Positions 1-9,449 of a DNA stretch of 64,000 bases are shown here, piece by piece. Where the stretch lies: NCBI GenBank assembly GCA_039030515.1, contig JBCCEA010000014.1, positions 32,338-96,337 of the forward strand, given 5' to 3'. Positions within the stretch are counted from its first letter, which is position 1. Each line of letters begins with the position of its first letter. The notes under the pieces are model-generated. The model had not been told where the DNA came from and did not search any database. It saw only the letters and a list, made by a program, of their open reading frames with translations. This DNA comes from Myxococcota bacterium (GTDB lineage Bacteria > Myxococcota_A > Polyangia > Polyangiales > Houyiibacteriaceae). The position numbers were made by a program, and so were the translations under genes.

Positions 1-343
1 GAAAAAACACGTCGAGCAGACGTTCGTAAGCGATCTGGCGCGGGTCGTACTCGACTCGAACCGCTTCCACATGTCCGGTCGTCGAGGTGCCGATCTGATC
101 GTAGGTCACGTGGTCGACATGCCCGCCGGTGTATCCGGATAGGACGGAGTACACGCCGTCGAGATCTTCAAATGGGCGCTCCATGCACCAAAAGCAGCCT
201 CCAGCGAAGATCGCCACCGCGTGATCCGCCGCTGGTGGGCCGGCTGCGCGGGTACCGGAGCTTTGGCCCGCCGCAGATCCTTGGGTACATCCGGCGGTAA
301 GCAGCAGTGTGACGATGACTGCAGGCTTGATGAAGCGATTCAT
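1..343 (-). CDS. msrA: Peptide-methionine (S)-S-oxide reductase MsrA, probable lipoprotein; runs off the window edge
   Basis: Not in the ORF track. Manual translation from ATG 343 gives MNRFIKPAVIVTLLLTAGC...AIFAGGCFWCMERPFEDLDGVYSVLSGYTGG...GHVEAVRVEYDP, with the GCFWC active site and a LTAGC lipobox. ATGA overlap with the msrB stop. Confidence 0.93.
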   Translation of the reverse strand, partial: MNRFIKPAVIVTLLLTAGCTQGSAAGQSSGTRAAGPPAADHAVAIFAGGCFWCMERPFEDLDGVYSVLSGYTGGHVDHVTYDQIGTSTTGHVEAVRVEYDPRQIAYERLLDVFF

Positions 344-1038
344 CGGCGCACTCCAGGTTCAGCAGAGAGTGCGGAAGCCCTACGAGAGGGCGCGAAATCG
401 AGTGAGGTTCCGTTGATGCAGTAACGTAAGCCGGTCGGTGCGGGGCCGTCTTCAAACACATGCCCCAGATGTCCACCACAGCGGGCACATTCGACCTCGG
501 TCCGAATCATGCCGTGGCTTAGATCGGTGCGCTCCGAGACCCTACCTGCCTCGACAGGCCTCGTAAAAGAGGGCCACCCGGTTCGGGAGTCGAACTTATC
601 GCTTGATCGAAACAGTGGCGCCCCACACCCGGAGCAGTGAAAGGTTCCTGAGCGATGTTCCCCGTTCAGTGGGTGGGAAAACGCGCGTTCGGTACCTTCT
701 TGTCGCAGTATTCGGTACTGATCTCGAGTGAGCCGTCTCTTCCATGCTTCCTCCGAGAGATGGAGACGGCTTTCGATAGGAGGCGGCGAGGTCGATATCC
801 GTGAAACCGGCGATTCTGGACCAGGCCACGGCGCTACAGCCTGTGCTTGGGCACATGAGCTGGTGGCCCATCCCAGCATCATCCAGATCAGTAAATAAGT
901 ACGGCGCGGCCGATCCGAACGTCTGCATAATTTGGAGGTTTGCCCCTTAAAGTACGTATGAGGCGCGCCGCGGAGGCTGCCCCTATTGGCCGTCACGCAC
1001 GCACCGCGTACCGTCGCCATCCATCTCCCGAACATCAT
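340..1038 (-). CDS. msrB: Peptide-methionine (R)-S-oxide reductase MsrB with N-terminal export signal; true start probably downstream of 1038
   Basis: GTERAF, CxxC pairs (CSGC, CARC), KFDSRTGWPSF, GHLGHVFEDGP and RYCING motifs. Confidence 0.93.
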   Translation of the reverse strand: MMFGRWMATVRGACVTANRGSLRGAPHTYFKGQTSKLCRRSDRPRRTYLLIWMMLGWATSSCAQAQAVAPWPGPESPVSRISTSPPPIESRLHLSEEAWKRRLTRDQYRILRQEGTERAFSHPLNGEHRSGTFHCSGCGAPLFRSSDKFDSRTGWPSFTRPVEAGRVSERTDLSHGMIRTEVECARCGGHLGHVFEDGPAPTGLRYCINGTSLDFAPSRRASALSAEPGVRR

Positions 1039-1110
1039 GGTCTACTGTACGGGCCCTAGCGGCTTAAAGTTACATTTGAATAAAGGCTAGTTGGGTATTG
1101 AGGCGCGAGT

Positions 1111-2037
1111 TCAGCCACAAGCTGCAGTCGTCGCTTCGAGGCGTGTCTGCCGGAGCGGTTTCAGTGCGACATCGTGCAGCGGTTCTGCGAGAAACACGAC
1201 GCGATTTCTCCCCCCACGCTTGGCCTCGTACATCGCCAAGTCTGCTCGGTGTTCGAGAGTCTCTGCGGATTCCGATCCGTTCCAACTTGCGATGCCTATG
1301 GACACTGTCTGGTCGATAGAGTCTTTGCGCGCGATCTTGAGCGGCTCTCGGGTCAGGGCAAGTCGGATCCGTTCTCCGACCGCATGCGCCTGGGCGGCAT
1401 CCGCGGCGGGCATGAGCAAGACGAACTCCTCTCCGCCTCTTCGCACGAGCACATCGGTCGTTCTGACGTGTTGCCTTACGATATCGACGAAGCAACGAAG
1501 CACAGCGTCTCCTGTTGAGTGGCCGAACTGGTCGTTGACGCGTTTGAAGTGGTCTAGATCCATGAGCAGAACAGAGAGTGGATTGGCGTTGCGACGGGCT
1601 CGGCTCATCTCCAATTTCAGTCTTGGCAGGAGATGACGGCGGTTGTAGGCCTGCGTTTCAGGATCCGTTAAGGTCAGGGTTTCGTACTCTGAGATTCGCA
1701 GAATTTGCGCGGCGAGATTTGCGAGCGTATCTCCAACACACTGCGCTTTGTCGGGTTCGCAAAAGGGGACGCGACGACGAAGGGTGAGTGTGCCCCGGTA
1801 GGCACTTCCGATGGCGAGGCGCGAGGAGATCTCGGCGCTGTCGTCCCCTTTCAGCTGCCTTCCGTGCACGTAGTCCGTCAGCGCTCCCTCTGCGTCGTAG
1901 ATTTGAGCGATGGCGCAGTCGGCGTTGGTGAGGTTTACGCCAACGCTTAGGATGCGCTGAAGCGCTGGCTCGAGGTCCGTTCGCTCCAGCAAGTCCGCAG
2001 TTAGCTTGGCTAGCACATCCAGCGCGTTTTTTTCCAT
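1111..2037 (-). CDS. Diguanylate cyclase with GAF-like N-terminus
   Basis: TDPET..YNRR, DLDHFKRVNDQFGH, GGEEF active site, RTTD I-site, ADLAMYEAKRGGRNRV; ATG 2037 preferred over 2130. Confidence 0.9.
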   Translation of the reverse strand: MEKNALDVLAKLTADLLERTDLEPALQRILSVGVNLTNADCAIAQIYDAEGALTDYVHGRQLKGDDSAEISSRLAIGSAYRGTLTLRRRVPFCEPDKAQCVGDTLANLAAQILRISEYETLTLTDPETQAYNRRHLLPRLKLEMSRARRNANPLSVLLMDLDHFKRVNDQFGHSTGDAVLRCFVDIVRQHVRTTDVLVRRGGEEFVLLMPAADAAQAHAVGERIRLALTREPLKIARKDSIDQTVSIGIASWNGSESAETLEHRADLAMYEAKRGGRNRVVFLAEPLHDVALKPLRQTRLEATTAACG

Positions 2038-2108
2038 GGCGCCGATGGTATGTCCGCTCGCGACAATGGAAAGAGAATAATCGATGCCTGCAGGAAATTT
2101 GCATTCTG

Positions 2109-3338
2109 GTGACATCGCAACCCGCTTCATATCGAAGCCCTCATCTTGGCCTCATTAGGGTTCCACGCTACCTTTGCGTGACCGTGCGTTTGAGGCGTGG
2201 GTATTCAAAGGTCCAGAATTCGTGGTCGGTCTCGGTACTGCCGACGAGATCCCTCGCGCGCATCGTGTTGGCTCCGCTCATGCTGTTCGGCTGCACGCTG
2301 TTCGGCTGCACGCTGTTCGGCTGTACGCTGCCGGATCGCCTCAGCGAAAACGAAGTCGTCTGCAGCCCGCGCCGCCTCGCAAGCCATCTGCTGTGCGGTC
2401 CCAAGCAGGTTGGTCGAAGAAACAGGGCCTGTGAGTCTGCGGGCCTCCATCCCGAGGCGCCTCCGGGAGCGCTGCTTGCAAGTCTGAACCTACCCCCGTC
2501 GAAACACATGCCTACGTCGCGCATGCAAGGAGTGCCGCGCGTCGTTTCAGGGAGCCCCGTTCACCCTCTACTTCGAGGGCTGAGCGAGGGAGCGGGTCAG
2601 CCGTTCGGTTCGAGCAAGATCCAACAGCCTCGCTCCAGATGGCGTGCGGGAACAGAGACCCTACCTCCAAGCGCTCGGTATTCGAAGATGCAGCGTCGAT
2701 CGCTGCGTCGCGCGCAGCAGCTCGGTCTGGGAACGACACGGGCTGCACGACAGTTGCTCGCGGGTCGGGTCGAGCCTCGCTGGATTCAGGCCGCCGGTGG
2801 GTCTCGATTTCCAGGTACCCTGCAGTGGCCCGTTCGCCATGGCTGGATCACACGCGGTTTTGGTAGCGGAGAAGGGGGGTATCATCTCGCGGTCGACATC
2901 ATGGGAACGATCGGCTGGAACGTGCGCGCTGCCGCCTCAGGGATCGTCGCGTACTCGGGTGATGGAGTGCGTGGTTTTGGAAACCTGGTGATGCTCGTTC
3001 ATCCGGGAGGGTGGGTCACCATGTATGCGCACAACTCGGTGAACCTCGTGGTCGCCGGCGAAACTGTGGCTCGGGGCCGCGTGCTCGCCGAAGTAGGCAG
3101 CACCGGAATCAGCCGAGGTCCGCACGTGCACTTCGAGTTTATCTACAACAGGCAAAACTGCGATCCAGCGGCGTTGTTCCGCCCTGGAGTTCGGCGCCGC
3201 AATGGTGGTTGGGCTGCCGTCAGGAAACGCCGGTGGACCGATCCGGGCCGGCGGCCCCGTGAGGTTCGCTGCGCTCGGCGCAGGCGACATCCCCGCTCTC
3301 GGTATCGGCAGGGCGCTCAAAGGACTCCGGAGCGATGA
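2109..3338 (+). CDS. M23-family metallopeptidase, probable lipoprotein; start uncertain
   Basis: HxxxD (HLAVD), YAH and HxH (PHVHFE) M23 motifs; LFGC lipobox; stop overlaps the thiD start. Confidence 0.85.
   Translation: MTSQPASYRSPHLGLIRVPRYLCVTVRLRRGYSKVQNSWSVSVLPTRSLARIVLAPLMLFGCTLFGCTLFGCTLPDRLSENEVVCSPRRLASHLLCGPKQVGRRNRACESAGLHPEAPPGALLASLNLPPSKHMPTSRMQGVPRVVSGSPVHPLLRGLSEGAGQPFGSSKIQQPRSRWRAGTETLPPSARYSKMQRRSLRRAQQLGLGTTRAARQLLAGRVEPRWIQAAGGSRFPGTLQWPVRHGWITRGFGSGEGGYHLAVDIMGTIGWNVRAAASGIVAYSGDGVRGFGNLVMLVHPGGWVTMYAHNSVNLVVAGETVARGRVLAEVGSTGISRGPHVHFEFIYNRQNCDPAALFRPGVRRRNGGWAAVRKRRWTDPGRRPREVRCARRRRHPRSRYRQGAQRTPER
2282..2330 (+). repeat. 15-bp tandem repeat x3.3 (gctgttcggctgcac) encoding LFGCT
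   Basis: Seen directly; the third copy has one mismatch. Confidence 0.95.
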
Positions 3339-4123
3339 CTTCGATCGCCCTCACCATCGCGGGCTCAGACCCTTCAGGCGGAGCAGGTTTGCAGGCCGAC
3401 CTGAAAACCTTCCATCAGCACGGGGTGTACGGTGCCGCCGCTGTTTCTCTCATTACGGTTCAAAATACGCGATCCGTTTCCAAAGTGGTGCCTCTCGAGC
3501 CGGAGCTGCTGCGCAGTCAGATCCGAGCGGTCATCGAAGATTTGGACGTCGATGCAGTCAAGACCGGGGCGCTCGGTAGCGAGGCAAATATCGAGGTTGT
3601 GTCTGAAGAGTTTCGCGACCGACGGGTTCCCCTGGTGGTCGATCCGGTCATGGTAAGCACCCACGGTGCCTTGCTGCTCGACGAGTCTGGTCAAAGACGT
3701 GTACGTGCCTTGCTGCCCTCGACCTTTCTGGTGACACCCAATGCACCTGAGGCTGCGCTTTTGACAGGGCGTTCGGTTGCGTCGGTTGCGGATGCAGAGG
3801 ACGCCGCAAGGGCCCTCGTCCAGTGCGGGGTAGAGAGCGTATTGGTCAAAGGAGGTCACTTGCCTCACGACGAGCAGGCCTGTGATGTGCTCCTCACCCA
3901 GGGGGTGATCCATCGCTTTCCGGCAAAGAGAATTCCATCTCGGCATACTCACGGTACGGGCTGCTCCCTCTCCGCTGCGATCACCGCATGGCTTGCACAC
4001 GGGGAGTCGCTTCCGACCGCGGTATGGAGAAGCAAACGCTGGATCTCGAGCGCCATCGAATCGGCCAAGCCCATAGGAACCGGCGCCGGACCGATCAATC
4101 ACGCTGAGCCAGTGGTCCCTTAG
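3335..4123 (+). CDS. thiD: Hydroxymethylpyrimidine/phosphomethylpyrimidine kinase
   Basis: TIAGSDPSGGAGLQADLKTF, VKTGAL, VVDPVM, TPNAPEA, HTHGTGC. Confidence 0.96.
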   Translation: MTSIALTIAGSDPSGGAGLQADLKTFHQHGVYGAAAVSLITVQNTRSVSKVVPLEPELLRSQIRAVIEDLDVDAVKTGALGSEANIEVVSEEFRDRRVPLVVDPVMVSTHGALLLDESGQRRVRALLPSTFLVTPNAPEAALLTGRSVASVADAEDAARALVQCGVESVLVKGGHLPHDEQACDVLLTQGVIHRFPAKRIPSRHTHGTGCSLSAAITAWLAHGESLPTAVWRSKRWISSAIESAKPIGTGAGPINHAEPVVP

Positions 4124-4240
4124 GACCGTAGCGCGACGTGTCTCAAGGCCTCTTCATCGCTGTCGTGTTCCATGGCGTTTTTTCGCATAGTGCGCGGTTT
4201 GTCTCGCAGGAGAAAGAGAATCCGGATAGCCTACGCTCCC

Positions 4241-4852
4241 ATGACCGAAGTCACCGAGTCGGTGAAGCATCTCTCAGATGAACCAGGGGATCATGCGCTC
4301 GCGTATGTTGATCTCGAGGTGCTTTGCCGCGAACCGCGACTCGTAAAGAAGTTCGCCAGCATGATCGTTGCACGGGTTCAGGAGTTCGCTCCAGGACGTC
4401 GATGGACGCTCGAAGACCTCAAGGATGTTCTCGACAACGCGGCTCAAGGAGCTGAGCAACAGACGCGGGCTCAGGTTCTTGCTGGACGGCATTTTCGCAA
4501 GAAACTACGCGAACAGAGTCATCTTGCGGCGCGACACGGCGACCGGTTTTCCTGCGTTGTGCTCTCGCTGGACGAGCGATGTGTTGACGATGAATACCCA
4601 AGCGTTCTGGACGCCGTACTCGATCGTCTCAGAGGTTCCGATATGGTGTTCCTTTACCGGCGAAAACTCGCTCTGCTTTTGCCGGGTTTGGGGAGCGAAG
4701 CCTTGAGCCCGCTGCTCGATCGAGTTCAGGCGCTCGTCAGTTTTGGTTCTGGTGAGAGCACGCTTGCTTCGATAGATGCTCTGGTTTGCCCGAATGACAT
4801 CATCGAGACCACTGAAGCGGTTCTCGATTGGGCAGAAAATCGCCTGCGCTGA
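4241..4852 (+). CDS. Hypothetical protein with degenerate GGDEF-like C-terminal domain
   Basis: RHFRKKLREQSHLAARHGDRFSCVVLSLD...LRGSDMVFLYRRKLALLLPG mirrors GGDEF topology but lacks GG(D/E)EF. Confidence 0.6.
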   Translation: MTEVTESVKHLSDEPGDHALAYVDLEVLCREPRLVKKFASMIVARVQEFAPGRRWTLEDLKDVLDNAAQGAEQQTRAQVLAGRHFRKKLREQSHLAARHGDRFSCVVLSLDERCVDDEYPSVLDAVLDRLRGSDMVFLYRRKLALLLPGLGSEALSPLLDRVQALVSFGSGESTLASIDALVCPNDIIETTEAVLDWAENRLR

Positions 4853-5083
4853 CATGACCGGTGGTCGAATTCCCCATGTCGAGATTGGACCCTGGCCTTA
4901 TCGAGCAGCGACGGTTCCTTGCAGAATCGCATGCAGTCCTGCTACAGCCGGAGCATCGGAATCGAGGTGCAGGCCACCGAGATTATACCCAGTCTTGTCA
5001 AGTGAAGTCTCGCCTCCCGATTCACGATGCTGCTTTGCGGCCCTGGGTGCTCTCGACTTTGCATAGGCGCTTGGAGAGATCCT

Positions 5084-7450
5084 ATGGCTCGCAGAAAACG
5101 CACCAAATCCTCGTCCAGCTTGGCCGAAGACGTTGTCGGCCCGATCGACGACGCCTCGCTCGCTGAAGAGACGCAGCGACGTTATCTCAATTACGCGCTG
5201 AGTGTGATTACCTCGCGGGCGCTGCCGGATGTGCGCGACGGACTCAAGCCGGTGCAGCGCCGCATCTTGTACACCATGCTGAACGAGCTTCGACTCCGAC
5301 ACGATGTGAAGTACCGCAAGAGTGCCGCCATTGTCGGTGACGTCATGGGTAAATTCCACCCGCACGGGGACTCTGCAATCTACGATGCGCTCGTACGTCT
5401 CGCTCAAGAGTTCACGATGCAGGCGCCGCTCGTAGACGGACGAGGCAATTTCGGTTCTCCAGACGGTGATGCAGCAGCGGCCATGCGGTACACCGAAGCG
5501 AGACTCACCAAGCTTTCTGAAGAACTACTGGTCGAGCTTGGAAAACGCACGGTTTCGTTTCGTCCAAACTACGACGGAACGCGATTTGAGCCGGTCGTGT
5601 TGCCCGCTCGTTTTCCCAATCTGCTGGTCAACGGTTCCCAAGGAATCGCAGTCGGGATGGCAACCTCGATCCCCCCGCACAACCTTGGAGAGGTGATCTC
5701 GGCGTGTTTGGCGATGATCGACGATCCCGATCTCGATACGCGCAATATTCTCAAACACGTGAAAGGGCCTGATTTTCCAACCGGCGGTCAGCTTGTCTGT
5801 AGTCGAGCCGAACTCGCTCGCGTGTATGAAAGCGGACACGGCTCTCTTCGCTTGCGTGGCGCTTGGAAAAAGGAGCCTCGTCGTGGCGGCGGGTTCGACC
5901 TGATAATTCACTCGATTCCCTACACGGTGGAGCGACGCGCCGTCGTAGAAAAGATCGCCGATGTCATACGCAGCAAGAAACTCCCTGCAGTGCAGGATGT
6001 TCGCGACGAGAGCACAGAGGAATGTCGTATCGTTTGTGAGCTAAAGAAAGACACCGAGTTCGATCTCGTGATGGCGTATCTCTATAAGCATACGCCTTTA
6101 GCGACCAATGTGAGCGTCAATCTCACGTGCTTGGTGCCTACAGACAATCCAGAAATTTCAGCTCCAGAACGGGTCTCTCTCTTTAGGACGCTGCGGCATT
6201 TTCTCGATTTTCGCATGGAAGTCGTCACCAAGAGGCTGCAGTTCGACCTGCAGAAACTTGAGGAGCGCATTCACATTCTCGAGGGACTCGTCGTTATTTT
6301 CGAGTTTCTCGATGAGGCCATTCGGATCATTCGTAAGTCCGACGGAAAAAAAGATGCGGCTCAGAAACTAATGCGCCGCTTCGAGCTGGATGAGCTTCAA
6401 GTCGAGGCGATTCTCGAGCTCCGTCTTTATAAACTGGCCAAACTCGAAATCCTGCTCATTCGTCAAGAGCTACAAGACAAAGAAAAACAAGCCGGGAAGA
6501 TACGTGCCCTACTCAAGAGTGACTCTGGGCGCTGGAAATTGATCCGTAGTGAGTTGAACGAGCTTAAGGCAGAGTTTGCGAGGCCGAGGCGAACCAAGAT
6601 TGTGGCGAACGTTCAAGAGCCCGACTACGACGCGCAAGCCTACATCGTCGATGAAGACGCCATGGTGCTGATCAGCGTGCAGGGATGGCTCAAACGACAG
6701 CAACGCATTCGTGACCTTGCAACCACTCGGGTTCGGGAGGGTGATCGGGTGATGGAGGTGGTCGCCGGATCGACCAAGAGCTCGGTGGCTTTGTTCTCCT
6801 CGGCGGGCATCTGCTACGTCCAGCGACTTGTCGATATTCCCCAGACAAGCGGTTACGGCGTTCCCGTACAAACGCTGCTCAAGATGGGGGACGGGGAACG
6901 GATCGTGGCGATGACGAGCTTCGACGCCCGTTTCTTGAACGTTCCTGAACCGTCAGACGAGACCCAAGAACCCGAGGAGCCTTTGGCGCTAGTGGTGACC
7001 GCACTCGGAAAATCACTGCGCTTTTCTCTTCGCAACCATCGCGAGCCGTCGACAAAAAGCGGTAGAAGATTCTGTCGACTCAAATCAGGTGACGAGGTGA
7101 TCTACTGCGGCGTCTCTCAACCAGGAACGACTGTGGCCGTGGCTACCGCGGGTGGCCGAGCGCTTCTTTGCAGTATCGATGAAGTTGCTGTTCTTGGAGG
7201 ACCAGGGCAGGGGGTCACGCTCATCCGCCTTCAGGACGAAGATCGTGTGGTTGCAGCCCGCTTGCTTGCCGCGCGTGATGACGCCTTGGTGGTCAAGCGG
7301 CTCAATGGAAGCGACTACCCAATCTCAAAGCGCAAATACGAAACGGTCTCCCGCGGCGGTAAAGGGCATGCGCTGTTTAAGCGTGGCTCTGTCGAGAGAC
7401 CGGTCGAGGCAGAGGTGGTCCTTCCCGAGTTTCCAGCGGAGGAGAATTGA
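5084..7450 (+). CDS. parC: Type IIA topoisomerase subunit A, topo IV ParC-like
   Basis: [33 protein letters not shown] catalytic Tyr; beta-pinwheel CTD without a GyrA-box in blade 1; GGAG RBS before ATG 5084. Confidence 0.85.
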   Translation: MARRKRTKSSSSLAEDVVGPIDDASLAEETQRRYLNYALSVITSRALPDVRDGLKPVQRRILYTMLNELRLRHDVKYRKSAAIVGDVMGKFHPHGDSAIYDALVRLAQEFTMQAPLVDGRGNFGSPDGDAAAAMRYTEARLTKLSEELLVELGKRTVSFRPNYDGTRFEPVVLPARFPNLLVNGSQGIAVGMATSIPPHNLGEVISACLAMIDDPDLDTRNILKHVKGPDFPTGGQLVCSRAELARVYESGHGSLRLRGAWKKEPRRGGGFDLIIHSIPYTVERRAVVEKIADVIRSKKLPAVQDVRDESTEECRIVCELKKDTEFDLVMAYLYKHTPLATNVSVNLTCLVPTDNPEISAPERVSLFRTLRHFLDFRMEVVTKRLQFDLQKLEERIHILEGLVVIFEFLDEAIRIIRKSDGKKDAAQKLMRRFELDELQVEAILELRLYKLAKLEILLIRQELQDKEKQAGKIRALLKSDSGRWKLIRSELNELKAEFARPRRTKIVANVQEPDYDAQAYIVDEDAMVLISVQGWLKRQQRIRDLATTRVREGDRVMEVVAGSTKSSVALFSSAGICYVQRLVDIPQTSGYGVPVQTLLKMGDGERIVAMTSFDARFLNVPEPSDETQEPEEPLALVVTALGKSLRFSLRNHREPSTKSGRRFCRLKSGDEVIYCGVSQPGTTVAVATAGGRALLCSIDEVAVLGGPGQGVTLIRLQDEDRVVAARLLAARDDALVVKRLNGSDYPISKRKYETVSRGGKGHALFKRGSVERPVEAEVVLPEFPAEEN

Positions 7451-9366
7451 TGGCCGAAACCAGCTACAGCGCGCGCGACATCGATGTGCTCGAGGGGCTC
7501 GAACCCGTTCGCAAGCGTCCGGCGATGTACATCGGCGGTACGGACGCTTCCGGGTTTCACCATCTGCTCTGGGAGATTGTCGACAACTCCGTGGATGAGG
7601 CGATCAACGGGCATGCATCGCGCATAGAAGTGACGCTTGATGCTGATTTTAGGGGTGCCTCCATCTCCGATAACGGGCGGGGTATTCCTGTTGATATTCA
7701 TCCTAAGCATAAGAAATCTGCACTGGAACTTATCCTAACTACGCTACATGCAGGTGGTAAATTCGAGGGAAAGAGCTACCAAGTCTCCGGAGGTTTGCAC
7801 GGCGTAGGAAGTTCAGTTGTAAACGCTCTGAGCTCAGAGCTGACCGCTACCGTTCGTCGAGAGGGAAAAGAGTACATCCAAACCTACGAGCGCGGCGTCC
7901 CAACTGCCAAGCTTAGCCGAGGTAAAAAGGCTAGCGGCAGAGGCACAACGATTTACTTTCGTCCCGACGAATCTATTTTCGGCACGAAGGCCCGATTCGA
8001 TCCGGGTGTTGTCAAGGATCGACTCGAAGCCAAGAGCTACCTGCACAGGGGACTTCGTATCGTTTTTCGAGACGAAGGCTCAAAAGAGCGGATCGAATTT
8101 CACCATCCAGACGGGATTCGTGAGTTTCTCGAAAAAGAGGTTCGCAGTAGCGGAAAACCTCCAGTTCACGCAGAGGTGTTTCATGTTGAACGGGAGGAAG
8201 AGCCCAAGTTTGAGCTGGCCTTGCTTTGGACTGAGGCGCCCACGGATAGGTTGCGCAGCTATGCGAACGGTATACCGACGGCTAGTGGCGGCACCCATGA
8301 GAACGCACTGAAGCAAGCACTAAACAAGGCTGTCCGCGCGTACATGGCCAGCTGCAAACTCACGCCCAAAGGGGTGCAGGTGTCGGCTGAGGATATCCGC
8401 GAGGGCGTTTTCGCGGTCCTGAGCGCCTATATTCGCGAACCTCAGTTTCAAGGACAGACCAAGGATCGTCTCAACAATCCGGAGATTACCGCGCCGATCG
8501 AAGGAGCGATCCGTACCGCTCTTGAGCAGTGGCTGCTCGAGAACAAGAGCATGGCAGAGTCGGTGGTCGCCCGTATCGTACTGTCGGCCCGGGCCCGTCA
8601 AGCAAGTCGAGCCGCCAGTCAGCAAGTTCTTCGCAAGACCGCGGTGAGCCATCGCCTAAATCTGCCCGGTAAACTCGCGGACTGCGCCAGCACCGATCCA
8701 AACGAGAGCGAACTGTTCCTGGTCGAGGGCGACAGTGCAGGCGGCAACGCCAAGCAAGGACGCGACCGCCGAACGCAGGCGATCTTGCCGCTTCGAGGCA
8801 AGGTACTCAACGCCTGGCGTGCAAGTCGCCAGCAGATCTTGGGCAATAAAGAGCTTTCAGACGTGGTCAGTGCCCTCGGATGCGGGATCGGTAAAGATTT
8901 CGATATTCGAAAGCTCCGCTATTCCAAGGTCTTTCTGCTCATGGATGCGGACAGCGATGGGCATCATATTGCGACCCTCCTCCTCACCTTCTTCTATCGA
9001 ATGCTTCCCGGATTGGTTCGCGCCGGGCATGTTTATTTGGCGCAACCACCTCTGTACCGAGTGGATGCAGCCAAGCAGACTTATTGGGCGCTGGACGACG
9101 GCGAGCGAGATCAGGTACTAAGCGGTCTGCCCAAGAACGTGAATGCCGACGTAAGCCGATTCAAGGGGCTGGGAGAGATGACGGCGGCAGAGCTCAGAGA
9201 CACCACGCTCGATAAAGCCAGGCGAAGGGCACTCCGAGTCACGATCGACGGTGAGCTCGAAACCGACCGAGTTTTTGAGGAGTTGATGGGTAAAGATGCT
9301 TCCTCTCGCTACCAGTTCATCATGGATCACGCGCCTCGGGCGGATGTTGGCGATTTGGACGTTTGA
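7450..9366 (+). CDS. parE: Type IIA topoisomerase subunit B, ParE/GyrB-like
   Basis: LEGLEPVRKRPAMYIG, EIVDNSVDE, GGLHGVGSSVVN, EGDSA, PLRGK, DADSDG, RFKGLGEM; TGATG overlap with parC. Confidence 0.85.
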   Translation: MAETSYSARDIDVLEGLEPVRKRPAMYIGGTDASGFHHLLWEIVDNSVDEAINGHASRIEVTLDADFRGASISDNGRGIPVDIHPKHKKSALELILTTLHAGGKFEGKSYQVSGGLHGVGSSVVNALSSELTATVRREGKEYIQTYERGVPTAKLSRGKKASGRGTTIYFRPDESIFGTKARFDPGVVKDRLEAKSYLHRGLRIVFRDEGSKERIEFHHPDGIREFLEKEVRSSGKPPVHAEVFHVEREEEPKFELALLWTEAPTDRLRSYANGIPTASGGTHENALKQALNKAVRAYMASCKLTPKGVQVSAEDIREGVFAVLSAYIREPQFQGQTKDRLNNPEITAPIEGAIRTALEQWLLENKSMAESVVARIVLSARARQASRAASQQVLRKTAVSHRLNLPGKLADCASTDPNESELFLVEGDSAGGNAKQGRDRRTQAILPLRGKVLNAWRASRQQILGNKELSDVVSALGCGIGKDFDIRKLRYSKVFLLMDADSDGHHIATLLLTFFYRMLPGLVRAGHVYLAQPPLYRVDAAKQTYWALDDGERDQVLSGLPKNVNADVSRFKGLGEMTAAELRDTTLDKARRRALRVTIDGELETDRVFEELMGKDASSRYQFIMDHAPRADVGDLDV

Positions 9367-9449
9367 GGCCTTGCCCCTGCCCGGGGTGTGCAGTCTCTCG
9401 CGCATAGTTGTGCAACCACCTGTCGATAGGGTGTAAGATGCCGTCATCC

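Noticed and set aside
4982..5001. Minus-strand TTGACA and TATAAT hexamers upstream of parC
   Set aside because: Spacer is only 8 bp, incompatible with a sigma70 promoter, and it points away from parC
5200..5700. Nucleotide similarity to 52050-52530
   Set aside because: Paralogy of the ParC and GyrA N-terminal domains, not a mobile repeat or recent duplication
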